Shown: positions 28,491 to 38,143 of the stretch, piece by piece
How positions within the stretch are numbered: position 1 is the stretch's first letter
Layout: each line of letters starts with the position of its first letter
Origin: Spirochaetia bacterium
GTDB taxonomy: Bacteria; Spirochaetota; Spirochaetia; DSM-27196; Salinispiraceae
DNA length: 45,683 nt
Direction of reading: 5' to 3'
Assembly: GCA_038204425.1 (NCBI GenBank)
Contig: JBBRCZ010000017.1
Coordinates: 1 to 45,683 of the forward strand
Translations under genes and position numbers: made by a program
The notes under the pieces: generated by a model
What the model saw: only the letters and a program-made list of their open reading frames with translations
What the model was told of the DNA's origin: nothing
The model's database searches: none

Positions 28491-29158
28491 TCGTGCACCT
28501 CGCTTTGCTGTCTAAGAGCTTCGACTTGCTCTGCTTTGATTCTTTTTAGACCATCGAGTGCGCGCTGGAGCGCATCACAAAAAGCTCGACTTGAGATGGT
28601 CGCTGCGGCAATAGCATCAACCTGGCCGCCATCCTGTTTAACTTTGACCACAAAATTCTCCGTTTCTTGGTTGATGAACTGTTTTTGGAAGCCTTTGCTG
28701 GAAATCTTACTGCCGAGTCCCGGAGTTTCTGCGTGCGAAAGTACTTTGACACCAGTCAAAGCGCCCTTGACATCAATGCCAACTATCATGGTAATTCGTT
28801 TCGCATAAGCTTGATCGCTGTAAGTTTGGACGGCAAAACCCAAAAGCGCCCCGTTTTGTTTCAAAGGAAAAACGATAAGGTCTGGATCTGCTGCAATAAA
28901 AATACGTTCTTCAAGAGCATCATTGTTAGCACCAGGCAAGACACTTGCGATTGCATCAATTTGCTTCTGCTTTTCTGTGCTATCAATTAAGTCTTTGGTA
29001 CCGACGTACGTGATGCTCAACAAAAGTGCCGATAGTGTACAAATAGTGCCCAATACAATTATCATGTTTTTTAAGCTCGAACGTAACGGCGCCTTGCCGA
29101 TGGGTTTTGCCTGGACCTGCTTGGGCTGGTCTTGTTTCTGAGCTGTTTTTTTACTCAT
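28487..29158 (-). CDS. rnfG: Rnf complex subunit G
   Basis: N-terminal TM, HAETPGLG, DAIAAATISS (FMN-Thr motif). Confidence 0.93.
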   Translation of the reverse strand: MSKKTAQKQDQPKQVQAKPIGKAPLRSSLKNMIIVLGTICTLSALLLSITYVGTKDLIDSTEKQKQIDAIASVLPGANNDALEERIFIAADPDLIVFPLKQNGALLGFAVQTYSDQAYAKRITMIVGIDVKGALTGVKVLSHAETPGLGSKISSKGFQKQFINQETENFVVKVKQDGGQVDAIAAATISSRAFCDALQRALDGLKRIKAEQVEALRQQSEVHE

Positions 29159-30228
29159 GCCTTAAGCTCCTTGCTTAATGGTTTTTTGAGTCTTCCAAAG
29201 CGACTTGGTTTTGAGTAGCGATCTATCAGTGGTACCAAGGCGTTCATTATCAATATGGCATAGCTAGCACCCTCAGGATAACTGCCAAATAGGCGTATTA
29301 AGGCAGTCAGCACTCCAGCCGAAAAAGCGAATATTATCTTGCCAACGAAGGACATTGGACTAGTTACCATATCGGTAATCATAAAAAAGGCCGCCAAAAC
29401 AGCTCCGCCCGACAGTAAATGATAGAGTGGGTTTATGTACTGGCTAGGATCAAGCATGAAGAACATTCCCGTCAGTCCCCCGAGTCCAAGCAAGAAGAAA
29501 AACGGCATTTCCCAGCTAATCACTTTGGTGGCCAAAAGAAACACACCACCTAGCAAAAGTGCCAAAGCACTGGCTTCGCCGATGCATCCACCTTCGTTTC
29601 CCAAAAATTGTTCAAAATAAGTGGGGGCGGCGCTCAAAATCTGCCCTAAATCAAGCCCCTGTTTGAGGCCTTCTTTTACTCCAGTCAATATGGTTGGAGC
29701 AGTGAGGCCATCCACCATTGCCTGCCAGTCATAGGGCCTTGCGAAGCTGGTCATGGTTACCGGAAAACTTGCCAACATAAAGGCACGCCCAGCCAAAGCC
29801 GGGTTAAAAGGATTGTGCCCCAGTCCACCAAAAGCCATTTTGGCAACAGCGATTGCAAAAACCCCACCAAGAGCGGCCTGCCAAAGCGGTATACCTACCG
29901 GCAAGTTGAGTGCCAAAAGCAACCCTGTCAATGCTGCGCTTCCGTCCACTATGGACCACTTCGACTGCTTGCTGTGCAGACCTCGCAGCACCAAAGCTGG
30001 TTTGGGCCTGCGTGAAAAAAACAGAACCTGAACCAAAAATTCGGTCAAAACCGCGCTAGCCAAGACCACAAGAACAACAACAAGTGCCTGCCATCCAAAG
30101 GTGTAGATGCCAACGCCCAGAGCAGGCAACAATGCCAGAACCACTGACCACATTATCCAACTGGTGTTTTGTTGACCTACAACATGAGGGGAGAGACTCA
30201 CCGTTAGGACCGCAGAATCGTTTACCAT
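29155..30228 (-). CDS. rnfD: Rnf complex subunit D
   Basis: SPH, FGGLGHNPFNPAL, DGLTAPT, GCIGE, TDMVTSP. Confidence 0.95.
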   Translation of the reverse strand: MVNDSAVLTVSLSPHVVGQQNTSWIMWSVVLALLPALGVGIYTFGWQALVVVLVVLASAVLTEFLVQVLFFSRRPKPALVLRGLHSKQSKWSIVDGSAALTGLLLALNLPVGIPLWQAALGGVFAIAVAKMAFGGLGHNPFNPALAGRAFMLASFPVTMTSFARPYDWQAMVDGLTAPTILTGVKEGLKQGLDLGQILSAAPTYFEQFLGNEGGCIGEASALALLLGGVFLLATKVISWEMPFFFLLGLGGLTGMFFMLDPSQYINPLYHLLSGGAVLAAFFMITDMVTSPMSFVGKIIFAFSAGVLTALIRLFGSYPEGASYAILIMNALVPLIDRYSKPSRFGRLKKPLSKELKA

Positions 30229-30242
30229 CAGTCTTACCTACC

Positions 30243-31646
30243 TTAGCTTCGTTTGACACGCATTAGCTGCGCTTTTCCAAGTCGTATATAGTCGAGTATG
30301 CCGCGTTTGGCTGGGCACACATAGCTGCAACTCCCACATTCTACACAATCTCTAATTGCGTGTTTCTCTGCCTCTTCTAGCCGTCCAAGACCTACTAATT
30401 TTTCTAGTAAATAAGGCTCGAGTCCCATTGGGCAGACCGAAACACAGCTGGCGCAGCGAATACATGCACCAACAGCCTGACGACTATGCTGCTCACCTTG
30501 CAAAACAAGAATTCCTGAACAGCCCTTAGTGACCGGTACGTCTAAGCTGGTTAACGTTTTTCCCATCATCGGACCACCAAGGATTACCTTAGTGTTGCTA
30601 CTTGGAACAAAGCCAAGTTCTTGCAAAACTTCGCGCACGAGCATCCCAATTCTAATTTTGTAGTTACCGGGCCTAGCTATACCATCGCCGGTTACCGTCA
30701 CTATGCGCTCAACCATTGGTTTGTGTTTTTGCACAATTTTGTAGGCCGAATGGGCTGTTGCAACGTTGTTTACAATTACGCCAACATCGAGTGGTAGCTT
30801 TCCGGAGGGCACCTCTCGACCAAGAATTGCCTCTATAAGCTGTTTTTCGGCGCCTTGTGGATATTTGACTTTGAGAGCAATAACGGCGATATAACCAGCC
30901 CGACTTGGATTGTCAGAGGGCCCGGCCTTGGCCTTCATGTGCGCCTGAAGAAAGCCTTTTGGGGGTGAAAGGCCCATGGCGTCTATCGTTTGCCGCAAAA
31001 TCTTGATAGCGTCTGCTTTGTTTTCTTCAACGCCAATGATGGCAAGCTTGACCCCCAAGGTAAAACGCAATAAGTTGGAACCAAGGACGACTTCCTCTGG
31101 GCGCTCCAGCATCAAACGGTGGTCGCTGGTTAGATAAGGTTCGCACTCAACGCCGTTTATAAGAAGTGTATCTACTGATCTTCCTGGTGGCACCAAATAC
31201 TTGACCCGGGTCGGAAACGTGGCGCCACCTTTACCGACCAGCCCCCCGTCGTTAATTTTGTCAGTAATCTGATCTGGGCTATAATCAATACTTTTGACCA
31301 AATCAAAATTGCGGACTATGCCTTCTTCCCAGTTGTCGCCATCTCTTTTGATTAGGACTGCCGGTTTTCTAAAGCCGCCAGCGTCAAGAACCGTGTCAAC
31401 TTTGATCACCGTGCCAGAAACCGAGGAATGAACAGGTGCTGAAATCATGCCCTGCCCTTTGGCAATCAAGGTACCAACCTTAACAAGATCGCCTTCCTTG
31501 ACCAAAACTTGGGCAGGGCTACCAATATGTTGAATAAGAGGAATCCAAACCGTTGCTGGCAGTATCATATTCTCAATTGGTCTGTCGGCAGTAAGCTTAT
31601 GATCATGGGGATGCATACCGCCTTTGGAAAAAGTCATGCTCTTCAT
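30243..31646 (-). CDS. rnfC: Rnf complex subunit C
   Basis: QHIG, GKGGATFPT, NGVECEPYLTSD, YPQGAEK, GGPMMG, two 4Fe-4S motifs. Confidence 0.95.
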   Translation of the reverse strand: MKSMTFSKGGMHPHDHKLTADRPIENMILPATVWIPLIQHIGSPAQVLVKEGDLVKVGTLIAKGQGMISAPVHSSVSGTVIKVDTVLDAGGFRKPAVLIKRDGDNWEEGIVRNFDLVKSIDYSPDQITDKINDGGLVGKGGATFPTRVKYLVPPGRSVDTLLINGVECEPYLTSDHRLMLERPEEVVLGSNLLRFTLGVKLAIIGVEENKADAIKILRQTIDAMGLSPPKGFLQAHMKAKAGPSDNPSRAGYIAVIALKVKYPQGAEKQLIEAILGREVPSGKLPLDVGVIVNNVATAHSAYKIVQKHKPMVERIVTVTGDGIARPGNYKIRIGMLVREVLQELGFVPSSNTKVILGGPMMGKTLTSLDVPVTKGCSGILVLQGEQHSRQAVGACIRCASCVSVCPMGLEPYLLEKLVGLGRLEEAEKHAIRDCVECGSCSYVCPAKRGILDYIRLGKAQLMRVKRS

Positions 31647-32524
31647 GCTTGCACCTCAGTTACTAAAGCATCAATACTGTTCAATTTAGATTTTACTAGT
31701 TCAAAACTTGTCATTATAGCCGCTGTGGGACAGACCGGAACGCACTTTCCACACGCTATGCATTTATCTGGATCTAATTGCGCCAAATTGTTGACCAAGC
31801 TAATTGCGCCAACGATGCCTTCGCAAACCTTGACGCATTTAGCGCAGCCAATGCAGGCTTTGTCGCAATTTTTGCGAGCGAGTGCACCTTTTTCGGTGCT
31901 GCTGCAGTTGATCCAAACCCGTCGTTCGCGCTTACCGAGCCCGCGCAAAAAGAAAAGTGTACGCGGACAAACCTTTAGACATGCACCACAACCCGTACAC
32001 TTTTGGGCATCAATTTCTGGCAGGCCAGTTTTTGCATTCATACTTAAAGCATCAAACTTGCATACATCAACACAATCACCTTGACCGAGGCAGCCAAAGC
32101 TACAGCCTCCTTCACCGGCAAACAAGCCATGACTGACCGTACAGCTGACTGGCCCTTGATAGTGGACTTTGGTACTTGAGGCCTGACAGCTTCCTCCGCA
32201 ACGCAAGACAGCTATCACTTTTTCAGCCGACGAGGTTTGTAGGCCAAAGTAGGCACCAATACCGTCCATCACAGGCTGGCCGCCTGGTGGGCATCTCAGA
32301 TCTGCTAGGTCGCCTTTGTCGGCAGCCTTTAGCAAGGCACTGGCAAAGCCACCGCAACCTGCAAAACCACAGGCACCGCAATTGATCCCTGGCAGCAATG
32401 CTTGGACGTCCACTTGCCGTTCATCACCGATGACGACAAATTTTTTGCTTACAAAAAAAAGGATAAGAGCAAGTAGAGCCGCAGTTGCGCCCAAACTAAG
32501 CATAGCAATCAGTACACTATTCAT
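31643..32524 (-). CDS. rnfB: Rnf complex subunit B
   Basis: LPGINCGACGFAGC, CPPGG, multiple CxxCxxCxxxC ferredoxin motifs. Confidence 0.95.
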   Translation of the reverse strand: MNSVLIAMLSLGATAALLALILFFVSKKFVVIGDERQVDVQALLPGINCGACGFAGCGGFASALLKAADKGDLADLRCPPGGQPVMDGIGAYFGLQTSSAEKVIAVLRCGGSCQASSTKVHYQGPVSCTVSHGLFAGEGGCSFGCLGQGDCVDVCKFDALSMNAKTGLPEIDAQKCTGCGACLKVCPRTLFFLRGLGKRERRVWINCSSTEKGALARKNCDKACIGCAKCVKVCEGIVGAISLVNNLAQLDPDKCIACGKCVPVCPTAAIMTSFELVKSKLNSIDALVTEVQA

Positions 32525-32538
32525 AACACAACCTCGTT

Positions 32539-33006
32539 TTAGCGACTCTGATTTTCAGACGAAGCAAGAATCACAAACTCAAAATGATGCGCAATTTTTT
32601 TGCGCAGGGGATAGAGCATAGAAAAGTAAACTACCAAAAGGCCAAGACTTATTAGCCCACCTATAAGCTCTGTCCCCAAAAAATAGTTGGCAATTAATAG
32701 CCCCGAGCAAAGCAAAACGATCGGTACGACAAAAACCAGAGCTAACGCCAGCGTTGTATGTTTACTTGCGCTTGCCAATGTAAGCTGTTCACCTATTGCA
32801 AATTGGGTTTTGGACTTCACTTCAATAATTGTGCCTTTGTTTTTATTGAGGCCGGCATGGCACCCGCTTTGTCGAGCATTGCAAGATCCACAGCTCGTTG
32901 GTACAGAAACCAAGATCTGAACTAAGCCAGAACCACACGACTGTACTACGCCTCGGTAGTAACTAGTATCATCTTTGGGGACAGAGCTCTCAGCAGTGCA
33001 TTCCAT
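32539..33006 (-). CDS. rseC: RseC/MucC family protein
   Basis: SCGSCNARQSGC Cys motif plus two C-terminal TMs, immediately upstream of rnfB. Confidence 0.8.
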   Translation of the reverse strand: MECTAESSVPKDDTSYYRGVVQSCGSGLVQILVSVPTSCGSCNARQSGCHAGLNKNKGTIIEVKSKTQFAIGEQLTLASASKHTTLALALVFVVPIVLLCSGLLIANYFLGTELIGGLISLGLLVVYFSMLYPLRKKIAHHFEFVILASSENQSR

Positions 33007-33149
33007 ATATACCTAACCGTTCGCATGGGGTAATTTTTCTGGGGTTACATGGTAAGTATAAACCTTGAACTGGATTTTCCACAATACAAATCTGGGAAAA
33101 TGTTTCATATGTTGGAACGTCGTTGCAGAAATGGTCGATTTGAGTGCGC

Positions 33150-33178
33150 TTGAGATGGCCATATCTTTGTTCTATACT
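33150..33178 (+). promoter_or_regulatory. Putative sigma70 promoter giving a leaderless SDR transcript
   Basis: TTGAGA-17 bp-TATACT, ATG 6 nt later at 33185. Confidence 0.55.
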
Positions 33179-33184
33179 GGTCTT

Positions 33185-33952
33185 ATGTCATTTATTATCG
33201 TAACTGGTGCCACATCTGGCATTGGCAGAGCTTACGCTCTCTTGCTTGCAAACAAGGGCTATGACCTTGTCCTATGTGGCCAACGAAGCACTCAATTGGA
33301 AGAACTTGCCCAAACCATACGCCAAAAATTTGGACGGCAAGTTGATACACAAATCGGTGACCTCGCTGATCCTCAATTCCAAAATGCAGTAATTGCTAAG
33401 GGACAGAGCTTGCCGCTCGGTGGTCTGATCAACAATGCAGGATTTGGGACATCAGACTTGTTTGTAACTGATGCTTTTGAAAAGCAATATAAAATGATGG
33501 AAGTTCATTGTCACGCCCCTATGAAGCTCTGTCACGCGCTCATCCCTCAGCTGCTCGGAAAAAAAGGTTTTGTGATCAATGTTGCAAGTATGGCAGCCGA
33601 CTTGCCGGTGCCCCGGGCCGCTATCTATGCCGCCAGCAAAGCAGCACTTCTAAGATTTAGCGAGGTTCTTGACCTGGAGCACATCCAAGATGATCTTATG
33701 GTCCAGTGTCTAATGCCAGGTTTCACCAAAAGCGACTTTCATGGTCGCCTTGACCATTTTGAACAAGCTACAAAGAGCAAGGGCCTAATTAGGTGGCTTA
33801 CGGCAGACCAAGTTGTTCAGAACTCTTGGAAGAGGCTAAAGAAAGGTCGCGTTCGGGTAATCACGGGCTTGGTTAATCGATTGGTGCTCTATCCGTTGAG
33901 AAGGCTGCCATGGTGCCTTTACCGGCTGATAGCCGGCTCACAAAAAATATAA
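33185..33952 (+). CDS. Short-chain dehydrogenase/reductase
   Basis: TGATSGIG, NNAGFG, YAASK; start re-set to ATG 33185. Confidence 0.92.
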   Translation: MSFIIVTGATSGIGRAYALLLANKGYDLVLCGQRSTQLEELAQTIRQKFGRQVDTQIGDLADPQFQNAVIAKGQSLPLGGLINNAGFGTSDLFVTDAFEKQYKMMEVHCHAPMKLCHALIPQLLGKKGFVINVASMAADLPVPRAAIYAASKAALLRFSEVLDLEHIQDDLMVQCLMPGFTKSDFHGRLDHFEQATKSKGLIRWLTADQVVQNSWKRLKKGRVRVITGLVNRLVLYPLRRLPWCLYRLIAGSQKI

Positions 33953-33955
33953 ATT

Positions 33956-35029
33956 TTAGCGACTGCTTGTTTGTTTGGCTCTACGTTTACGCACCGCTGC
34001 CGCCAAGTCTTCCAGCAGAGGCACGGTCTGATCCCATGAAAGACAGGCGTCGGTAATGCTTTGCCCGTAGACCAATGCAGCGCCAGGTTTCAATGTTTGG
34101 TTACCGGCAACAATGTTGCTTTCAATCATGACACCAAAGATCTGCTGACTTCCTTGTTCAAACTGCGCCACCACATCTTGCACAACCAAAGCTTGTTTGG
34201 TGTGATCCTTCTGACTGTTGCCATGGCTACAATCAACCATGAGCCGGGGACGTAGTTCGGCCTGAGCCAAGGCAGCGCTTGCCTTTTCCACGCTGACCAA
34301 ATCGTAGTTGGTCGCACCAGAAGAACCTCGCAAAATAATATGACAATAGTCATTGCCGCTAGTGGCAACAATTGCGGCCACCGATTGCTTAGTAACCGAC
34401 AAAAAATGATGAGGAATCTTGGCTGCATGAATAGCATCGATAGCAATCTTAACATTGCCGTCGGTGCCATTCTTAAACCCAACTGGCATAGATAATCCAG
34501 AAGCTAGTTCTCTATGGATTTGGCTTTCAGTAGTTCGAGCTCCAATGGCGCCCCAGGAAATTGTATCGGCCAAAAATTGTGGACTTATGGTGTCCAAAAA
34601 CTCACAGGCAGTTGGCAGACCAAGGCCAACAAGCTCAACCAACAAGCCTCTTGCGATATGCAGGCCCTTGTTAATCTGAAAACTGTCATCCAAAAAGGGA
34701 TCATTGATTAATCCCTTCCAACCGTTGCGCGTACGGGGTTTCTCAAAATAAACACGCATCACTATTTCCAGATCGGCGGATAGCTTATTGCGCACACTTG
34801 CCAAGCGCTGTGCATAGTCTAAAGCAGCTGTAACATCGTGTATTGAACACGGTCCGACAACTACCACCAGCCGGTCATCGGCACCGTCCATGATGGCTTC
34901 TATGGCTTGGCGGCTGTCAGAAACTAGTTGCTGACCCTGCTCGGTTAGAGGTAGTTCTTCCATCAAAATGGCGGGCGGAATAAGTGGTTTAATATCTCGT
35001 ATACGTAAATCGTCAATTCGTGAATGCAT
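33956..35029 (-). CDS. aroG: DAHP synthase, class I-alpha (AroF/G/H type)
   Basis: VGPCSIHD, RVYFEKPRT, GWKGLINDP, IGARTTESQ, DCSHGNS, YGQSITDAC; start re-set to 35029. Feedback specificity is not determinable. Confidence 0.93.
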   Translation of the reverse strand: MHSRIDDLRIRDIKPLIPPAILMEELPLTEQGQQLVSDSRQAIEAIMDGADDRLVVVVGPCSIHDVTAALDYAQRLASVRNKLSADLEIVMRVYFEKPRTRNGWKGLINDPFLDDSFQINKGLHIARGLLVELVGLGLPTACEFLDTISPQFLADTISWGAIGARTTESQIHRELASGLSMPVGFKNGTDGNVKIAIDAIHAAKIPHHFLSVTKQSVAAIVATSGNDYCHIILRGSSGATNYDLVSVEKASAALAQAELRPRLMVDCSHGNSQKDHTKQALVVQDVVAQFEQGSQQIFGVMIESNIVAGNQTLKPGAALVYGQSITDACLSWDQTVPLLEDLAAAVRKRRAKQTSSR

Positions 35030-35083
35030 GGCACTACCATTTACGATTGGACGCATGATTGTCAATATGCTACGTTCACAGAC

Positions 35084-36178
35084 ATGGACAGCATTGCTCA
35101 CTTCTCAAGCCACCTTGCACATTTTCCGTTGCCAAGCAGCCAAAATGGGCCGTTATTGTTCAGCGCACCCCTTGCCGGTCTCAGTCATGGCGCGATGCGC
35201 TGCTTATGGCAAGAACTTACAGGCCCTGATGTTTACTTCTCAGAAATGATTAGCGCTGACGCCCTTGAAGCTCGTTCTCCCTACACATCCGCCTATTTAG
35301 ATACCGCTCCCGACAGTTCCCGTCTTATCTATCAGCTGGTAGGAGCGAGTCAATCATCGATTATCACGGGCATAGATAGGCTAGTCGAACACACTATTGT
35401 GCTCAGGCAAAGTGAGGCAAATGCGATTCTCGGTATAGACCTAAATATGGGCTGCAGCGCACCAGACATTGTACGTAAGGGTTCAGGCATCGCTTGGATG
35501 GAAAAGCCCGCCGATGCTGCCGAGTTGGTAAAAAAAGCAGTTTCTCACCTCAAACTCGACAAATTTTGTCTATCAGTCAAACTACGACTGGGAAAGTCAG
35601 TTGATTCAGACTACCTCTTTAAGTTTTGCCATGCGATAGAGACTGCGGGGGCAAGTTTCATTACGCTCCATGCTCGGATCAAGGACGACCCATGGGCACG
35701 GCCTGCCAAATGGTCACAAATTGCTCCACTGGCACGTGCGCTCAATATACCCGTCGTCGTTAACGGTGATCTTCAGGACCAAACAAGTCTTGAGGCTTTT
35801 TATGCTGTTTGGGGACAGAGCTCAAATTGGGGACAGAGCTCAATTCAAAGCGCCAAAAATCCAGCAGGGTTAATGATGGGGCGCGGTGCCATTACTCGAC
35901 CCTGGATTTTTTCTCAAATTTCCAGGCAGTTTGTCAAACCAGTGCAAGCCTTGGATCGACTCGCTATCGCCAAGCGTTTCCATCAACTCTTGGAACTGCG
36001 ACAACCAAAAGATTTTTGGCTCAGCCGCGCCAAACGTTTTTATGCATACTATTGTTTATCGCTCAATTTTGGCAATCGACTTTCGGGCGCAATTGGCAAT
36101 CTGAAAGACTACCGAGAAATTGAAAACCTTGTCGAAGCTTATCTAGCTAAAAGTAAAGAGCGCTTTACTTTTAGCTAG
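35084..36178 (+). CDS. tRNA-dihydrouridine synthase family protein
   Basis: APLAG, SEM, IDLNMGC, SVKLRLG, TLHAR, NGD, MMGRGA..PWIF; start re-set to 35084. Confidence 0.9.
   Translation: MDSIAHFSSHLAHFPLPSSQNGPLLFSAPLAGLSHGAMRCLWQELTGPDVYFSEMISADALEARSPYTSAYLDTAPDSSRLIYQLVGASQSSIITGIDRLVEHTIVLRQSEANAILGIDLNMGCSAPDIVRKGSGIAWMEKPADAAELVKKAVSHLKLDKFCLSVKLRLGKSVDSDYLFKFCHAIETAGASFITLHARIKDDPWARPAKWSQIAPLARALNIPVVVNGDLQDQTSLEAFYAVWGQSSNWGQSSIQSAKNPAGLMMGRGAITRPWIFSQISRQFVKPVQALDRLAIAKRFHQLLELRQPKDFWLSRAKRFYAYYCLSLNFGNRLSGAIGNLKDYREIENLVEAYLAKSKERFTFS
35809..35844 (+). repeat. In-frame 2 x 18-bp tandem repeat of the 12-mer inside the Dus gene
   Basis: TTGGGGACAGAGCTCAAA TTGGGGACAGAGCTCAAT encoding WGQSSN-WGQSSI. 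Confidence 0.93.
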
Positions 36179-36189
36179 CATGTCTGCGC

Positions 36190-38034
36190 TTAAGCAATCC
36201 TGGTTCTAAGAAACTCGACAAATTCTAGCCGGGGCAGCGGGCGCGAGTAGTAAAACCCTTGCACAACATTGCAATCAGCGTCGTGCAGACACCGCAGTTG
36301 TCGTTCGTTGTCGACACCTTCAGCAATTATGGACAGTCCCATCTTTTCGGCCATACTACAAATAGCTTGAATCATAGCCTGATCCTGTTGGTTGTCGGGT
36401 AAATCAACCACAAAGCTGCGGTCTATTTTGACGGCGCTTACAGGCAGGCGTTTAAGATAGCTTAAGTTGGCATAGCCAGTACCAAAGTCGTCAATAGAAA
36501 GCTTAAAGCCGAGGTCGCTTAGACTTTTTAGTGTTTCCATCGTCATTTGGTTTTCTTCAAAAACCGAAGACTCTGTTATTTCTAAATGAAGTGACTCGGG
36601 ATGCAAACCGTATTTCTTAAGCCGCAGAAGCAAGCTGCGCTCGAGTCGCGGGTCCTTGAGCTGACGTGTGGACAGGTTTATAGCCAAGGGAATGTCAATG
36701 CCAAGACTCTTCCAATGAGCAAGTTCGGCACAGGCGTGTTCAATAACCCAGTCGCCAAGGGGTATTATCAGCCCAGCTTCTTCAGCAATTGGTATAAACT
36801 GTTGTGGTGGAACGCTGCCTAAGACAGCATTGTTCCAACGCAAGAGCGCTTCGGCGCCAACTGTGCTGCCATCTTTTTGGATTTGTGGTTGAAAATGCAG
36901 ACTCAGCTCTTCTCTGTCGATCGCTTGTCGCAGGTAGTTGATATAGTGCATTTTACTCAATCCACGTTCGACCAAATTACCAGTAAAAAACCGATAGGTG
37001 TTGCGGTCCAACTTGGCAAGTTCTAGTGAATGGTCAATTTGTTGCATAACTGTATCGACTGCCTGCGTAGCGTCGGCGATTTCTGGGTCTAAAAAGGTTA
37101 TGCCAATGCTTACCGTCAAGTAGATTTCGCTGTTTCGCACCAATATAGGTCTAGAAAAAGATGCAAGAATCTCTTCTGCCATGACCGCAGCATCAACATG
37201 TTCGGCAGCGCATTCGAGAAAGACGGCAAATTCATCCTCGCCAGTTCTAAATACTTGGCTAGAATCCCCACGCAAACTACGTAAATTATCAGCGATTGCT
37301 TTGAGAAGCAGGTCACCAGTCAAAAGCCCTAAACCATCGTTGATTTGGTGAAAGCGGTCAATGTCGAGATAGAGAACGGCCACAGAGGACTTGCTAATGG
37401 TTACTTCGTGGGCATATTGCGCGAGTTGAATCAAAAAAGCTTGCCGATTGCGCAGGCCAGTTAGGTCATCATAGACTGCTTTTCGTTGCAAGGCATGATC
37501 GGACTCTTGCATATGCAACTCCATAGAAGCAAGATAGTTAAGCTTACTAGTAATCAAAACCGCAACCGAAACTATGCCGCCAATTTCAAAAGCAAGAAAA
37601 CCTATAGTAAGCAAGGTCATAAAAGTTTGTTGATTGGTTTCAAGAAAAGACAGTGCACTAAAGGCAATTAACATAGCCATCAATTTAATGCCGAGGCTCA
37701 TTCTCAAAAAAACACGCAAGGTAGGTGGCAGGGCCTCCCTTTGCAAGTATGTTAAGGCAAAGAAAGCCCAAAGCATGCCCAAAAACGGCAGAAAGACTGA
37801 AACCGTTATAAAAAATAGCGATTGCGACTGAATAGCCGCAGATACTAGCAGAGCAATTGCCAGATTAAAGACAACCAGAGCCGAAAAAGTTAGCAGGCTA
37901 GCGGTATCCGTTTTCTGTTTCAGCCGTGATACAAACGGCGAGAAAAAAAGCATACCTGCTATCAAAAAACCACTCAGTATCTTTCCAAGTTCAGGAAGAA
38001 ACTCCAGGAGCAGGTCATTAGTAGATGAAAACAT
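36190..38034 (-). CDS. Membrane-anchored GGDEF-EAL protein (probable c-di-GMP phosphodiesterase)
   Basis: ~5 N-terminal TMs; DDLTGLRNR, GEDEF (degenerate), EALLRW, LEITES, DDFGTGY, KIDRSF, AEGV, QGF. Confidence 0.92.
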   Translation of the reverse strand: MFSSTNDLLLEFLPELGKILSGFLIAGMLFFSPFVSRLKQKTDTASLLTFSALVVFNLAIALLVSAAIQSQSLFFITVSVFLPFLGMLWAFFALTYLQREALPPTLRVFLRMSLGIKLMAMLIAFSALSFLETNQQTFMTLLTIGFLAFEIGGIVSVAVLITSKLNYLASMELHMQESDHALQRKAVYDDLTGLRNRQAFLIQLAQYAHEVTISKSSVAVLYLDIDRFHQINDGLGLLTGDLLLKAIADNLRSLRGDSSQVFRTGEDEFAVFLECAAEHVDAAVMAEEILASFSRPILVRNSEIYLTVSIGITFLDPEIADATQAVDTVMQQIDHSLELAKLDRNTYRFFTGNLVERGLSKMHYINYLRQAIDREELSLHFQPQIQKDGSTVGAEALLRWNNAVLGSVPPQQFIPIAEEAGLIIPLGDWVIEHACAELAHWKSLGIDIPLAINLSTRQLKDPRLERSLLLRLKKYGLHPESLHLEITESSVFEENQMTMETLKSLSDLGFKLSIDDFGTGYANLSYLKRLPVSAVKIDRSFVVDLPDNQQDQAMIQAICSMAEKMGLSIIAEGVDNERQLRCLHDADCNVVQGFYYSRPLPRLEFVEFLRTRIA

Positions 38035-38143
38035 TGTTGCGAGAAAACTCCACTTAATTACATAAATTTTTAAAATAGTTCATAGATTTCCGGGCGATTG
38101 TCTTGCATAAAGCGCATGGCTGTCAAGGTCAAACCATTGCAGG

